This document shows positions 1-9,064 of a stretch of 64,000 nt of DNA, piece by piece. Position numbers and translations under genes: made by a program. A model generated the notes under the pieces. It ran no database searches and was not told the origin of the DNA. It was given only the letters and a program-made list of their open reading frames with translations. The DNA comes from Candidatus Limnocylindrales bacterium (GTDB taxonomy: Bacteria > Chloroflexota > Limnocylindria > Limnocylindrales > CSP1-4), in the NCBI GenBank assembly GCA_036003325.1, contig DASYSM010000111.1, positions 2,231 through 66,230 on the forward strand. Direction: 5' to 3'. Every line of letters starts with the position of its first letter. The first letter of the stretch is position 1.

Positions 1-446
1 ACACGCCGTGCGTGTCGTGCGGGCGCTGCGCCGAGACCTGCCCGACCGGCGCGCTGATGCCAAAGCCGCGGATCCTCCAGAAGTACGACGTCGATGAGAG
101 CCGCTGCATCCTGTGCGGCATCTGCGTCGATGCCTGCCCGTACGACGCGCTGCGCGACGGCGCCGACTTCGAGCTCGCGCACACCAGCCGCGAGGAGCCG
201 ATGATCGACCTGATGGCCATCGCCGCGGTCGGCCGTGAGACCGAGGTCACCTACATCCGGCGCGAGCGCGACTGGGCTGCCCGGGCCGCCGCCGAGGGCC
301 GGCTCATCGACTCGACCCGGATGCTGCCGATGCTGCCGCCGGTGGTCACCGGGATCCCCGGTGGCGGGAACGGGCATGGGCACGCGACCGGCAACGGCCA
401 CGGACACGGCGGCGGGTCCGCCGTCATCCCCACCCAGCACGAGTAG
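1..446 (+). CDS. nuoI: NADH-quinone oxidoreductase subunit I (5' end outside window), with a long C-terminal extension
   Basis: The frame of ORF 12..446 is open to the window edge. It carries two ferredoxin-type Cys motifs (CGRCAETCP, CILCGICVDACP) and is followed by nuoJKLMN. Confidence 0.85.
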   Translation, partial: TPCVSCGRCAETCPTGALMPKPRILQKYDVDESRCILCGICVDACPYDALRDGADFELAHTSREEPMIDLMAIAAVGRETEVTYIRRERDWAARAAAEGRLIDSTRMLPMLPPVVTGIPGGGNGHGHATGNGHGHGGGSAVIPTQHE

Positions 447-456
447 GGCGCCGCGC

Positions 457-1050
457 GTGGTGCGTCACCTGATCCCGATCGTGCTCGGCCTCGCGGTGCT
501 GGGCGTCGTGACCGGCATCGCCGCGATCATGCTGATCTTCCTCGGCCAGGACTGGGCCGACGCGCTGTTCTGGATCTTCGCCGCCGTGATGATCGGCTCC
601 GCCCTGCTGGTCGTGACGATGCGCGACATCATCCGCTGTGGACTGGCGATGATCGTCTGCTTCGGCTCGCTGGCCGGCGTCTATCTGATCCTCGGCGCAC
701 CGCTGCTGGCCGCCGCCCAGGTCATCGTCTACATCGGCGCGATCAGTGTCCTGATCCTGTTCGCGATCATGCTCACCCAGACCAAGGACGCGCCCAGCCG
801 CCTGGTCTTCCAGACCCAGGCCGTCCCGGCTGCCATCGCCTCCATCGTGATCGCGGTCCTGGTGGCGCTGGCCATCGGCGCGACTGACTGGGGCGGGGCC
901 GAGGACCGCATCCGGCTGGCCACCTCGTTCATGTCGAGCGTGCTGTTCGACGCCTATGTCCTGCCGTTCGAGATCGTCAGCGTGCTGCTCCTGGCGGCCG
1001 TCATCGGCGGCGTCTACCTGGCCAAGCGCGAGAAGGGCGGCCCGTCGTGA
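457..1050 (+). CDS. nuoJ: NADH-quinone oxidoreductase subunit J
   Basis: GTG at 457 lies in ORF 235..1050. From there the sequence is hydrophobic and NuoJ-like ([14 protein letters not shown]..., [16 protein letters not shown]). The upstream part of the ORF is P/R-rich and overlaps nuoI. Confidence 0.8.
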   Translation: MVRHLIPIVLGLAVLGVVTGIAAIMLIFLGQDWADALFWIFAAVMIGSALLVVTMRDIIRCGLAMIVCFGSLAGVYLILGAPLLAAAQVIVYIGAISVLILFAIMLTQTKDAPSRLVFQTQAVPAAIASIVIAVLVALAIGATDWGGAEDRIRLATSFMSSVLFDAYVLPFEIVSVLLLAAVIGGVYLAKREKGGPS

Positions 1051-1364
1051 GCGATTCGCTCGACGCCTACCTGGTCCTGGCCACGCTCCTGTTCGCCATC
1101 GGCTCGTTCGGGTTCCTCGCCCGCCGCAACGCGATCAGCATGCTGATGTCGATCGAGCTGATGCTCAACGGCGTCAACCTCGCGATCGTCGCGTTCGGCG
1201 CGTTCGGCGCGACCAAGGAGATCGCGGCCCAGGGCTCGATCGTGGCACTGATGGTCATGGCCGTCGCCGCCGCCGAGGCCACCGTCGGGCTCGCGATCGT
1301 CATCGCCATCTACCGCAACAAGAAGACACCGTTGGTCGACGAATACGACGCGATGAAGCAATGA
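1047..1364 (+). CDS. nuoK: NADH-quinone oxidoreductase subunit K
   Basis: 105 aa, three TM segments, typical NuoK sequence ([31 protein letters not shown]). GTGA overlap with the nuoJ stop. Confidence 0.9.
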   Translation: MSDSLDAYLVLATLLFAIGSFGFLARRNAISMLMSIELMLNGVNLAIVAFGAFGATKEIAAQGSIVALMVMAVAAAEATVGLAIVIAIYRNKKTPLVDEYDAMKQ

Positions 1365-1371
1365 GCGTTGT

Positions 1372-3381
1372 GTGGCGAGCGCATCGGCGCGCGCAGGGCG
1401 GTTCGAGGTCGTGAGCATCGACTCGCTCATTCCCGCGCTCATCGTGCTGCCGATGGCGGGGTTCCTGATCACGGCGGTGGTCGGCCGGCGGCTCGGCAAG
1501 CAGGCCCACTGGATCCCGGTCGCGGCGATCTTCCTCGTGTGGGTCATCGCGATGGCCGTGGTGGTCAACGTCCTGAGCGGGACCGCGCCGCTCCTGCCGG
1601 GCTCGGAGACCTCGCACGGCTACATCGTGTCGTGGTTCCAGTGGATCCCGGCCGACCGGTTCACGGTCGACATCGGCTTCGTGGTCGATGAGCTGACGGC
1701 CTGTCTGCTGATCGTCGTGACCACCATCGGGCTGCTGGTCCACGTCTACTCGATCGGCTACATGAGCCACGACCCGGGCTATTGGCGCTTCTTCGCCTAC
1801 CTGAACCTGTTCATGTTCAGCATGCTGCTGCTCGTCCTGGCCGGCAGCTTCCTGGTCGTGTTCGTGGCCTGGGAGCTGGTCGGGCTGTGCAGCTACCTGC
1901 TGATCGGCTTCTGGTACCGCAAGCGCTCGGCGGCGCTGGCGGCCAAGAAGGCGTTCATCGTCAACCGCGTCGGCGATGTCGGATTCATCCTCGGGATCAT
2001 GCTCATCTTCGTCAGCCTGGGCACGCTCGACATCCGCGAGGTCCTCGCCAGGATCGGGACGCTCGACGCGACGACGATCACGATCATCGCCCTGCTCGTC
2101 TTCGCCGGCGCGATGGGCAAGAGCGCCCAGTTCCCGCTGCACGTCTGGCTGCCCGACGCGATGGAGGGTCCGACGCCGGTGTCGGCGCTGATCCATGCCG
2201 CGACGATGGTCAATGCCGGCGTCTATCTGCTCGCGCGGGTCAATCCGATCTTCGCCTACGCCCCGTCGGCCCTGGTGATCGTCGCCGGGATCGGCATCTT
2301 CACTGCGATCCTGGCGGCCTCGATCGCGATGACCCAGACCGACATCAAGCGGGTGCTGGCGTACTCGACGCTCAGCCAGCTCGGCTACATGTTCGCGGCG
2401 TTCGGGGTCGGAGCGTGGACCGCGGCGATCTTCCACCTGATGACTCACGGCTTCTTCAAGGGCCTGCTGTTCCTCGACTCGGGGTCGGTCATCCACGCCG
2501 TCCACGAGGAGCAGGACATGCGCAAGATGGGCGGCCTGTCGAAGAAGATCCCGATCACCTACGTGACGATGCTGATCGGCTCGCTGGCGATCGCCGGCAT
2601 CCCGCCGCTGGCCGGCTTCTTCTCGAAGGACGAGATCCTCGGCGAATCGCTCAAGCAGGGCTTCGTCTGGGTCTGGCTGATCGGGTTCATCGTCGCCGGC
2701 CTGACCGCGTTCTACATGTTCCGGCTGATGGGCCTGACCTTCTGGGGAACCTTCCGCGGTCCCAAGGAGGTCTGGGACCGGATCCACGAGTCGGCCCCGG
2801 TGATGACCGTGCCGCTGATCCTGCTGGCGATCCCGTCGATCTTCCTCGGGATGTACCTCGGCCTGCCGTTCGGCGCGAACCGGATCAGCGAGTGGCTGGC
2901 GCCGATCTTCGCCGAGGGCGAGGAGATCCTCCACGGCGGTGCCGCCGAGCCGGCCTACGCGCTGTTCGGGATCGACGGCGCGCTGATCGTGGCCAGCGTC
3001 GCGATCGCCACCATCGGGCTGATCATCGGCTGGCGCCTGTTCGGCGTCGACATCGGCCCGCTCCGCTGGCCGTCGCGGCCGGAGCGGGTGCGCGAGCTCA
3101 CCGCCCGAGCGCCGTTCCTGTACCGGGCGTCGCTCAACAAATGGTGGTTCGACGACCTCAACCACCTGCTGTTCATGGTCATCGGCGGGCGCATCGCGGC
3201 CGCCTGCTGGTGGTTCGACCGCGAGATCATCGACGGCACCGTCAACGCCATCGGCAGCTCGACCATCGACGCGGGGCGCGGGCTCCGCCAGGTCCAGACC
3301 GGTCGGGTCCAGAACTACGCGCTCGGCATCGCCATCGGGCTGATCGTGATGGCCGGCTCGTACCTCCTGCTGGCTCGCTGA
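1372..3381 (+). CDS. nuoL: NADH-quinone oxidoreductase subunit L
   Basis: 669-aa polytopic antiporter-like subunit (WLPDAMEGPTPVSALIHAATMVNAGVYL). The start is uncertain: GTG 1372 or in-frame GTG 1411. Confidence 0.9.
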   Translation: MASASARAGRFEVVSIDSLIPALIVLPMAGFLITAVVGRRLGKQAHWIPVAAIFLVWVIAMAVVVNVLSGTAPLLPGSETSHGYIVSWFQWIPADRFTVDIGFVVDELTACLLIVVTTIGLLVHVYSIGYMSHDPGYWRFFAYLNLFMFSMLLLVLAGSFLVVFVAWELVGLCSYLLIGFWYRKRSAALAAKKAFIVNRVGDVGFILGIMLIFVSLGTLDIREVLARIGTLDATTITIIALLVFAGAMGKSAQFPLHVWLPDAMEGPTPVSALIHAATMVNAGVYLLARVNPIFAYAPSALVIVAGIGIFTAILAASIAMTQTDIKRVLAYSTLSQLGYMFAAFGVGAWTAAIFHLMTHGFFKGLLFLDSGSVIHAVHEEQDMRKMGGLSKKIPITYVTMLIGSLAIAGIPPLAGFFSKDEILGESLKQGFVWVWLIGFIVAGLTAFYMFRLMGLTFWGTFRGPKEVWDRIHESAPVMTVPLILLAIPSIFLGMYLGLPFGANRISEWLAPIFAEGEEILHGGAAEPAYALFGIDGALIVASVAIATIGLIIGWRLFGVDIGPLRWPSRPERVRELTARAPFLYRASLNKWWFDDLNHLLFMVIGGRIAAACWWFDREIIDGTVNAIGSSTIDAGRGLRQVQTGRVQNYALGIAIGLIVMAGSYLLLAR

Positions 3382-3383
3382 CG

Positions 3384-5024
3384 ATGGGACTGCCGATCCT
3401 GTCGATCATCATCTTCCTGCCGCTCGTCGGCGCCATCGCGGTCGCGATCGCCCCGGCCACCGTCACCCGGCCGCTGGCGCTCGGCTTCGCGTTCGTGACG
3501 TTCCTCGTCTCGCTGATGCCGCTGGTCGGCTATCTCCCGGGCCGTCCCGGCTTCCAGTTCGTCGAGTCCTATGACTGGATCCCGTTCTTCGGCATCCGCT
3601 ACAGCGTCGGGGCGGACGGGTTGTCGATCGCCCTCGTGGTGCTGACGACGACGCTGTCATGGATCGCGATCCTGGCCAGCTTCAAGCCGATCCAGACCCG
3701 GATCAAGGAATACATGATCTCGTTCCTCGTCCTCGAGGTCGGGATGATCGGCGTCTTCCTGGCTCTCGACACGTTCCTGTTCTACATCTTCTGGGAGGTC
3801 GTCCTCGTCCCGATGTACCTGATCATCGGGATCTGGGGCGGCGCCAATCGCATCTACGCGACGATCAAGTTCGTGCTCTATACGCTGGTCGGCTCGCTGC
3901 TCATGCTGGTCGCGATCATCGCCACGGCGTATGCCTACCAGGCCGGGCACGACGGCTCGTGGGTCGGTGCCTTCGACTTCCAGGCGCTCCGCACATACGC
4001 CACGACCGGTGGCTTCGCCGACGCGCTGCAGATCGGCGCGTTCCTCGCGTTCTTCCTGGCGTTCGCCATCAAGGTCCCCATGTTCCCGTTCCACACCTGG
4101 CTGCCCGACGCCCACACCGAGGCGCCCACCGCCGGCTCGGTGATCCTGGCGGCGGTGATGCTCAAGCTCGGCGCGTACGGCTTCATCCGGTTCGCGATCC
4201 CGCTCTTCCCGGCCGCCGCCCAGACGTTCGCGCCGGTCATCATCGTCCTGTCGCTGATCGCCATCATCTACGGCGCGATCGTGGCGCTGGTCCAGCCTGA
4301 CCTCAAGCGCCTGGTCGCCTATTCGTCGGTCAGCCACATGGGCTTCGTCACCCTCGGCATCTTCGTGTTCACCCAGCAGGGCCTCCAGGGCGCGGTGCTC
4401 CAGATGATCAACCACGGCCTCATCACCGGCGCCCTGTTCCTGCTCGTCGGTGTCATCTACGAACGGACCCACGACCGGACGATCGCCAAGATGAGCGGCC
4501 TGTCCGCGCGGATGCCGGTCTACGCCGCGGTCTTCGGGTTCTTCGTGTTCGCGTCGGCCGGGCTGCCCGGGCTGTCCGGGTTCGTCGGGGAGTTCCTCGT
4601 CCTGCTCGGCACGTTCGAGGCGAACCCGGCGGCCGCGGCCGTCGCGACGTTCGTCATGATCCTGGCCGCGGGCTACCTGCTGTACATGTACGGCCGGCTG
4701 GTGTTCGGCGAGGTGTCCGACTTCCTGGCCTCGCTCGGCGACCATCTGACCGACATGACGCCGGTCGAGGTCCTGACCCTTGTCCCGCTCGGCACGCTCG
4801 TGGTCGTGTTCGGCCTCCAGCCCGGGCTCCTCCTGAACCTGTTCTCCTCGACGGTCACCGAGACGCTCGACGAGGTCGTGCCGACCGCCCCGATCGCGAT
4901 CCCGACCGAGATCGTCGCGGGGCTGCTCACCCTCGTCATCGTGCTGGTCCTCGCCAGGGTCGCCTGGGTCCTGCTCAAGCCTCGCCGGGCCGCGCTGGCG
5001 CCCGAGGGTGGGGCGGCCCATTGA
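3384..5024 (+). CDS. nuoM: NADH-quinone oxidoreductase subunit M
   Basis: ATG 3384 is in frame within ORF 1782..5024, 2 nt after the nuoL stop. Motif FHTWLPDAHTEAPTAGSVILAAVMLKLGAYG. Confidence 0.9.
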   Translation: MGLPILSIIIFLPLVGAIAVAIAPATVTRPLALGFAFVTFLVSLMPLVGYLPGRPGFQFVESYDWIPFFGIRYSVGADGLSIALVVLTTTLSWIAILASFKPIQTRIKEYMISFLVLEVGMIGVFLALDTFLFYIFWEVVLVPMYLIIGIWGGANRIYATIKFVLYTLVGSLLMLVAIIATAYAYQAGHDGSWVGAFDFQALRTYATTGGFADALQIGAFLAFFLAFAIKVPMFPFHTWLPDAHTEAPTAGSVILAAVMLKLGAYGFIRFAIPLFPAAAQTFAPVIIVLSLIAIIYGAIVALVQPDLKRLVAYSSVSHMGFVTLGIFVFTQQGLQGAVLQMINHGLITGALFLLVGVIYERTHDRTIAKMSGLSARMPVYAAVFGFFVFASAGLPGLSGFVGEFLVLLGTFEANPAAAAVATFVMILAAGYLLYMYGRLVFGEVSDFLASLGDHLTDMTPVEVLTLVPLGTLVVVFGLQPGLLLNLFSSTVTETLDEVVPTAPIAIPTEIVAGLLTLVIVLVLARVAWVLLKPRRAALAPEGGAAH

Positions 5025-6520
5025 GCTGGCAGGACTTCGTCACGATCAGCCCGCTCATCGCGGGCATCCTGACCGCAGCGGCGATCCTCATCGTCGACCT
5101 GATCCGCCCCGGGCGGACGGCCGTCGCCGTCACGGTCGCGCTGATCGGGCTGGGCATCACCGGCGCGGTGACGCTCGCGGTCGGGCCGGCGGTCGGCGGA
5201 GCGGCGGTCACCGCGTTCGGTGGCGCCTATCAGGTCGACCAGCTGACCACGTTCCTCGACGTGCTGTTCGTCGCGATCATCGCGATGAGCATCCTGTTCG
5301 GCCCCGACTACCTCGTGCCGCGCGGGCTGCCGGTCGCCGAGTTCGCGGCCATCCTCGTGTTCGCGATGACGGGCGCGATGCTCATCTCCGCATCGGGCGA
5401 CCTGCTGATGCTGTTCCTGGGCCTCGAGCTGATGGTCCTGCCCGGCTACATGCTGGCGGCATTCCACAAGTCGGACGGCTACTCGACCGAAGGCGCGATC
5501 AAGTACTTCCTGCTCGGCTCGTTCAGCTCGGCGATCTTCCTGTTCGGCATCGCCTTCGTGTGGGGCACCACCGGGACCATGCGGCTCGATGCGATCGCCG
5601 CTGACCTGGCCCAGATCGTCGCCGGTTCGGCGACGTTGAGCCCGGGCCTGGCCATGGGCCTCGCGTTCATGACCACCGGTGTCGCCTTCAAGATCGCCGC
5701 GGTCCCGTTCCACTACTGGACGCCCGATGCCTACCAGGGCTCCCCGACGCCGGTCACCGGCTACCTGTCGGTCGGACCGAAGGTCGGCGCGTTCGCGTTG
5801 ATCCTGCGGCTCTTCGTGGAAGCACTCGGGCCGGTCGCGGACTGGTGGCTGCCGGTCGTCATCGTGCTGTCCACGCTGACCATGACCCTCGGCAACCTGG
5901 TGGCGCTGACGCAGGACAACGTCAAGCGGATGCTCGCCTATTCATCGATCGCCCATACCGGCTACATGCTCGTCGGGCTGGCCGCGTGGGCGGGCGATCC
6001 CCAGGGCCGGGTGGACGGCATCGAGGCACTCTTGTTCTACGGCGTGGCCTACGCGTTCATGAACCTCGGGGCATTCGCGGTCATCGCCGCGCTCCAGAAG
6101 CGGACGGGCGTGACGTCGAGCCTCGGCACGTTCGCCGGCCTCGGTCGGCGCGAGCCACTGCTGGGCGTCCTGATGACCCTGTTCCTGCTGTCGCTGACGG
6201 GCATCCCACCGACGGCGGGCTTCTTCGCCAAGGCCAACGTCATCCTGGCCGCGGTCGAGGCCGGTGGCCCGCTGACCTGGCTGGCGGTCATCACCGTCAT
6301 CAACGCGGCCGTCGCCGCGTTCTATTACCTGCGCGTCGTCATCTACATGTTCATGCGTGATCCGGCGACCGACGCTCCCGCCCTCCGCCATGGCGGGCTG
6401 CTGTGGGCCGGGCTGGCAGCCGCGACGCTGTTCACGATCCTGTTCGGGCTCTTCCCGACCAGCCTCCTCGAGGCGGCCGGGAACGCGGCCCAGGCGGTCG
6501 TCCAGAACCTGCCGAACTAG
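5021..6520 (+). CDS. nuoN: NADH-quinone oxidoreductase subunit N
   Basis: 499-aa polytopic protein with motif PFHYWTPDAYQGSPTPVTGYLSVGPK. TTGA overlap with the nuoM stop. Confidence 0.9.
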   Translation: MSWQDFVTISPLIAGILTAAAILIVDLIRPGRTAVAVTVALIGLGITGAVTLAVGPAVGGAAVTAFGGAYQVDQLTTFLDVLFVAIIAMSILFGPDYLVPRGLPVAEFAAILVFAMTGAMLISASGDLLMLFLGLELMVLPGYMLAAFHKSDGYSTEGAIKYFLLGSFSSAIFLFGIAFVWGTTGTMRLDAIAADLAQIVAGSATLSPGLAMGLAFMTTGVAFKIAAVPFHYWTPDAYQGSPTPVTGYLSVGPKVGAFALILRLFVEALGPVADWWLPVVIVLSTLTMTLGNLVALTQDNVKRMLAYSSIAHTGYMLVGLAAWAGDPQGRVDGIEALLFYGVAYAFMNLGAFAVIAALQKRTGVTSSLGTFAGLGRREPLLGVLMTLFLLSLTGIPPTAGFFAKANVILAAVEAGGPLTWLAVITVINAAVAAFYYLRVVIYMFMRDPATDAPALRHGGLLWAGLAAATLFTILFGLFPTSLLEAAGNAAQAVVQNLPN

Positions 6521-6554
6521 GCGGCGCCGAAGAGGTTCGCCGTCCCCGGGGGTC

Positions 6555-7289
6555 TCAGCAGATCTCGCGGCCGTTCACGACGGTCGGCGCATGCGGGTGC
6601 GGGGTCGGGTTGGCGGTGTCGTGGTCGGTCGCCTCCTGCGACAGCAGGTCGGCCACGACCTGGAGCTTGGGCTGCGCTCCCTTGCCTTCGGAGGTCTGCA
6701 GCCAGACCTGGTCGGTCTTCACCGCGAACGGGGCGTCGAACGCGGTCGACGCGGTCACGTGGCGGAGGACCTTGGTGATGACGTACAGGAAGCGCTGGTC
6801 GTCGTTGGTGAAGACCTCGACGACCATCCCCTTCATCTTGCTGCCGTTCGAGACCTGTGACTGGGTGAGCAACGGCAGGAACATGCCGGCCTGCGCGTGG
6901 GCATACAGATAGGTGGCCCGCCCCTCACCGGGCGCACCGAGGTGGGGATCGATGTACTCGAGCGCGACGTTGCAGGGGACCGACGCGCTGATGATGACCG
7001 GCAGGTCGATGTTGAGGGCCGGGATGCGCACCCGGGTCACCGTCCGGTCGGCGGGCACCGATGTCGGGCTCTGCGACGGCCCCGACCCGAGCGGCGGCAG
7101 CGTGATCAGCGGGCTCGGCGTCGCCACGGCATCGCCCTGCGCGGTCGGTGCGGGCGTCGGCGTCCCGACCGGCTCCGCGGTCACCGGCTGGGTATACGAC
7201 AGGAGGCCTGCCGCCAGGAAGGCAACCCCGAGGGCGGTCAGCATGGCGGGGACGAATCGCGTGCGGATCCGATCCGCGAAGAGGCGCAT
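6555..7289 (-). CDS. Membrane-anchored sortase-fold protein with Ser at the expected catalytic Cys position
   Basis: ATG at 7289 lies in ORF 6555..8621 and gives 244 aa. There is an N-terminal TM segment and a Pro/Thr linker. Segments align by eye to sortase blocks: RIPALNIDLPVI, YLYAHAQAGMF, GMVVEVFTNDDQRFLYVITKV, VWLQTSEG (sortases have TLxTC here). Confidence 0.55.
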   Translation of the reverse strand: MRLFADRIRTRFVPAMLTALGVAFLAAGLLSYTQPVTAEPVGTPTPAPTAQGDAVATPSPLITLPPLGSGPSQSPTSVPADRTVTRVRIPALNIDLPVIISASVPCNVALEYIDPHLGAPGEGRATYLYAHAQAGMFLPLLTQSQVSNGSKMKGMVVEVFTNDDQRFLYVITKVLRHVTASTAFDAPFAVKTDQVWLQTSEGKGAQPKLQVVADLLSQEATDHDTANPTPHPHAPTVVNGREIC

Positions 7290-7356
7290 GGGACCGGCAT
7301 GGTAGCAGCGACCCCCGAAAGGCGCCCCCGGCCGCTCGTACTGGTACGCTCCGGCC

Positions 7357-7695
7357 GTGATGGGCCGTCTGTCGATCGTGGCCGGGCTCGTGCTCGGCAT
7401 CGTGGCGGCAGTCGTGCTGCTCGGCGGGATCGTCGTCCTCGCCCCGGTGAGCCCGGGGGGACCGACGCCGACGCCGCTCGTCGCCGCGACGCCCAGCCTC
7501 TCGATCTCCTCGCCGGCTCCGACCGTGGCTCCGTCGGCAAGCCCGGAAGCGACTGCCTCGGCGGCGGCATCGGCGTCGGCGGACGCGTCGGCGTCGGCGT
7601 CAGCATCGGCGGACGCGTCCGCGTCGTTGTCGGCATCGGCGTCGGCGGACGCGCCGGTGAGTAGCGCCGCGCCCGGGGTCACCGTCACGCCTTGA
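7357..7695 (+). CDS. Small membrane-anchored Ala/Ser/Pro-rich protein
   Basis: 112 aa with an N-terminal TM segment (IVAGLVLGIVAAVVLLGGIVVL), then a low-complexity ASADASAS repeat tail. Its stop overlaps the TTG start of the next gene (TTGA). Confidence 0.45.
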   Translation: MMGRLSIVAGLVLGIVAAVVLLGGIVVLAPVSPGGPTPTPLVAATPSLSISSPAPTVAPSASPEATASAAASASADASASASASADASASLSASASADAPVSSAAPGVTVTP

Positions 7696-8600
7696 CCCCG
7701 GATGACGCGGCCGGCGCGGAGGGGGACCCGGCCGAGGCCCCGGCCGCGCTCGCCTCGATCGCTCGGCTCGGCACACGACCCGGCCGGCTGCTGATCGTCG
7801 CCGACTTCGACGGCACCCTCGCCGAGGGCTCGCGGGATCCGGGCGCCGCGAGGATCGTGCCTCTCGCCCGGCGAGCGATCCGTCGACTGGCCCGCCTTGC
7901 AGCGACCCGGCCCGACCGCGTCGCCGTCGCGATCCTCACCGGGCGCACCGCGCTCGATGTCGCCGGTCGCGTCCGTGTCGGCGGGATCGTCTATCTGGGC
8001 GATCACGGCCTGCAGTCGGGGACCTTCCCCCGGGGCGGCGACCCGGCCCGCCTCGTGACCACGTTCCGTGCCGGACATGAGGCGTCGCTCGCGCCGGCGG
8101 CCGTCCTGGCAGACCGCGTCCCCGAGGTCCTCGGACGACCATCGTGGCTGTTCGTCGAACGCAAGGGCCCGTCCGTCGCGTTCCACGTCCGTCAGGCCGA
8201 GGATCGCGTGGCGGCGCGCGCCGCGGTCGAGTCGGCCATCGCGACCGTCGAGCGGGACCTCCCCTCGCACGAACTCGCCCACTATCGCGGCCGGTTGGTC
8301 GTGGACCTCCGGCCGCGGACCGCCGGTGGCAAGCGCGAGGCGTTCGAGGCGCTGCTCGCCGAGATCCGGCCGACGACCGTGGTGGCCTTCGGCGATGACA
8401 CGAGCGACGCTGACGGCTTCGCGGTCCTCCGCGGGGCGCGCGCGACGGGGCGCGTCGGCGGGCTCGCGGTGGCGGTGACAGGCCCCCACGGGATGCCCGA
8501 TGAGGTTCGGGCGGCGGCGGACGTCGTGCTGGAGACGCCATACCTGGCGGCGCGCGCCCTGGCGGCTCTCGCGCGCGTTCTCGAGCGCGAGGATGGCTAG
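7692..8600 (+). CDS. otsB: HAD-family trehalose-6-phosphate phosphatase-like protein
   Basis: 302 aa with the HAD motif I context LLIVADFDGTLAE, a later GDDTSDADGF motif and OtsB-like length. TTG 7692 is the only in-frame start candidate. Confidence 0.65.
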   Translation: MTPDDAAGAEGDPAEAPAALASIARLGTRPGRLLIVADFDGTLAEGSRDPGAARIVPLARRAIRRLARLAATRPDRVAVAILTGRTALDVAGRVRVGGIVYLGDHGLQSGTFPRGGDPARLVTTFRAGHEASLAPAAVLADRVPEVLGRPSWLFVERKGPSVAFHVRQAEDRVAARAAVESAIATVERDLPSHELAHYRGRLVVDLRPRTAGGKREAFEALLAEIRPTTVVAFGDDTSDADGFAVLRGARATGRVGGLAVAVTGPHGMPDEVRAAADVVLETPYLAARALAALARVLEREDG

Positions 8601-8726
8601 CGTTGGTGGGTCCGGCGTCACGGCCGTCGGGCTCGCCGGGCCGGCGCGGGCCGGCGGCCCCGGGTCGGCGGCCCCGGGCCGGCGGCGCCCGCCTTGTCGC
8701 CTTGCCCCGGTGACTCCCGTTACCAG

Positions 8727-8793
8727 TCCCCGGGAGGGTATCTGTCACTCTCGAGGGCTTGTTCCTGCCAGATAGTCTCCCGGAGACTGGTGG
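8727..8793 (+). repeat. Copy A of a ~66-nt hairpin-forming direct repeat
   Basis: tccccgggagggtatctgtcactctcgagggcttgttcctgccagatagtctcccggagactggtgg. A 13-bp imperfect stem pairs 8732-8744 with 8769-8781 around a 24-nt loop. Confidence 0.85.
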
Positions 8794-8902
8794 GCCGTGG
8801 CGGGGGCCGGGATCTGGGTCGATCTCCCGTCTTGAGCGCGATCTTGAGCGTGGATCCTGGTCGCTGACCCTGCCTGCGAGGGCCTTGTCCTGACTATCAG
8901 GC

Positions 8903-8968
8903 TCCCGGAGGGTATCTGTCACTCTCGAGGGCCTGTTCCTGCCAGATAGTCTCCCGGGGACTGGGTGG
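8903..8968 (+). repeat. Copy B of the same repeat
   Basis: Same orientation as copy A, starting 176 nt downstream of it. It differs from copy A by about 2 substitutions and 2 single-nt indels, and the stem pairing is conserved. Confidence 0.85.
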
Positions 8969-9064
8969 CAGGAGATCGGGCGATGACTCGGCCGGACCGT
9001 CGACGCCGGGCCGCCCCGCCGCATGGGCCGCCCGCAGCCCGGCCGCCCTGCCGCCGCGCCGGGC

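Noticed and set aside
1300-3165. Very long antisense or off-frame ORFs throughout the window (e.g. 1300..3165-, 9853..12537-, 13760..15265+, 24327..27050+, 39226..41937-, 53969..57034+, 58939..62724+)
   Set aside because: Their translations are Arg/Pro/Gly/Asp-rich low-complexity strings with no recognisable motifs. They lie opposite or out of frame to genes with clear family signatures. Open shadow frames of this kind are expected at about 70% GC.
7540-7660. Tandem DNA repeats (also 26998..27035 and 41485..41665) as possible CRISPR or VNTR non-coding elements
   Set aside because: All lie inside ORFs and translate to low-complexity linkers (ASADAS, AAVGTG, DDRPR). They are coding repeats.
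8727-8968. Possible CRISPR array
   Set aside because: There are only two full copies, 66 nt long with a 176-nt period. No cas genes are present and there is no spacer-like regularity.
7936-9024. 362-aa minus-strand ORF spanning the otsB 3' region and the repeat-containing gap
   Set aside because: The sequence is R/P-rich nonsense. It overlaps the well-supported otsB frame, and the duplicated peptide segments simply reflect the DNA repeat.
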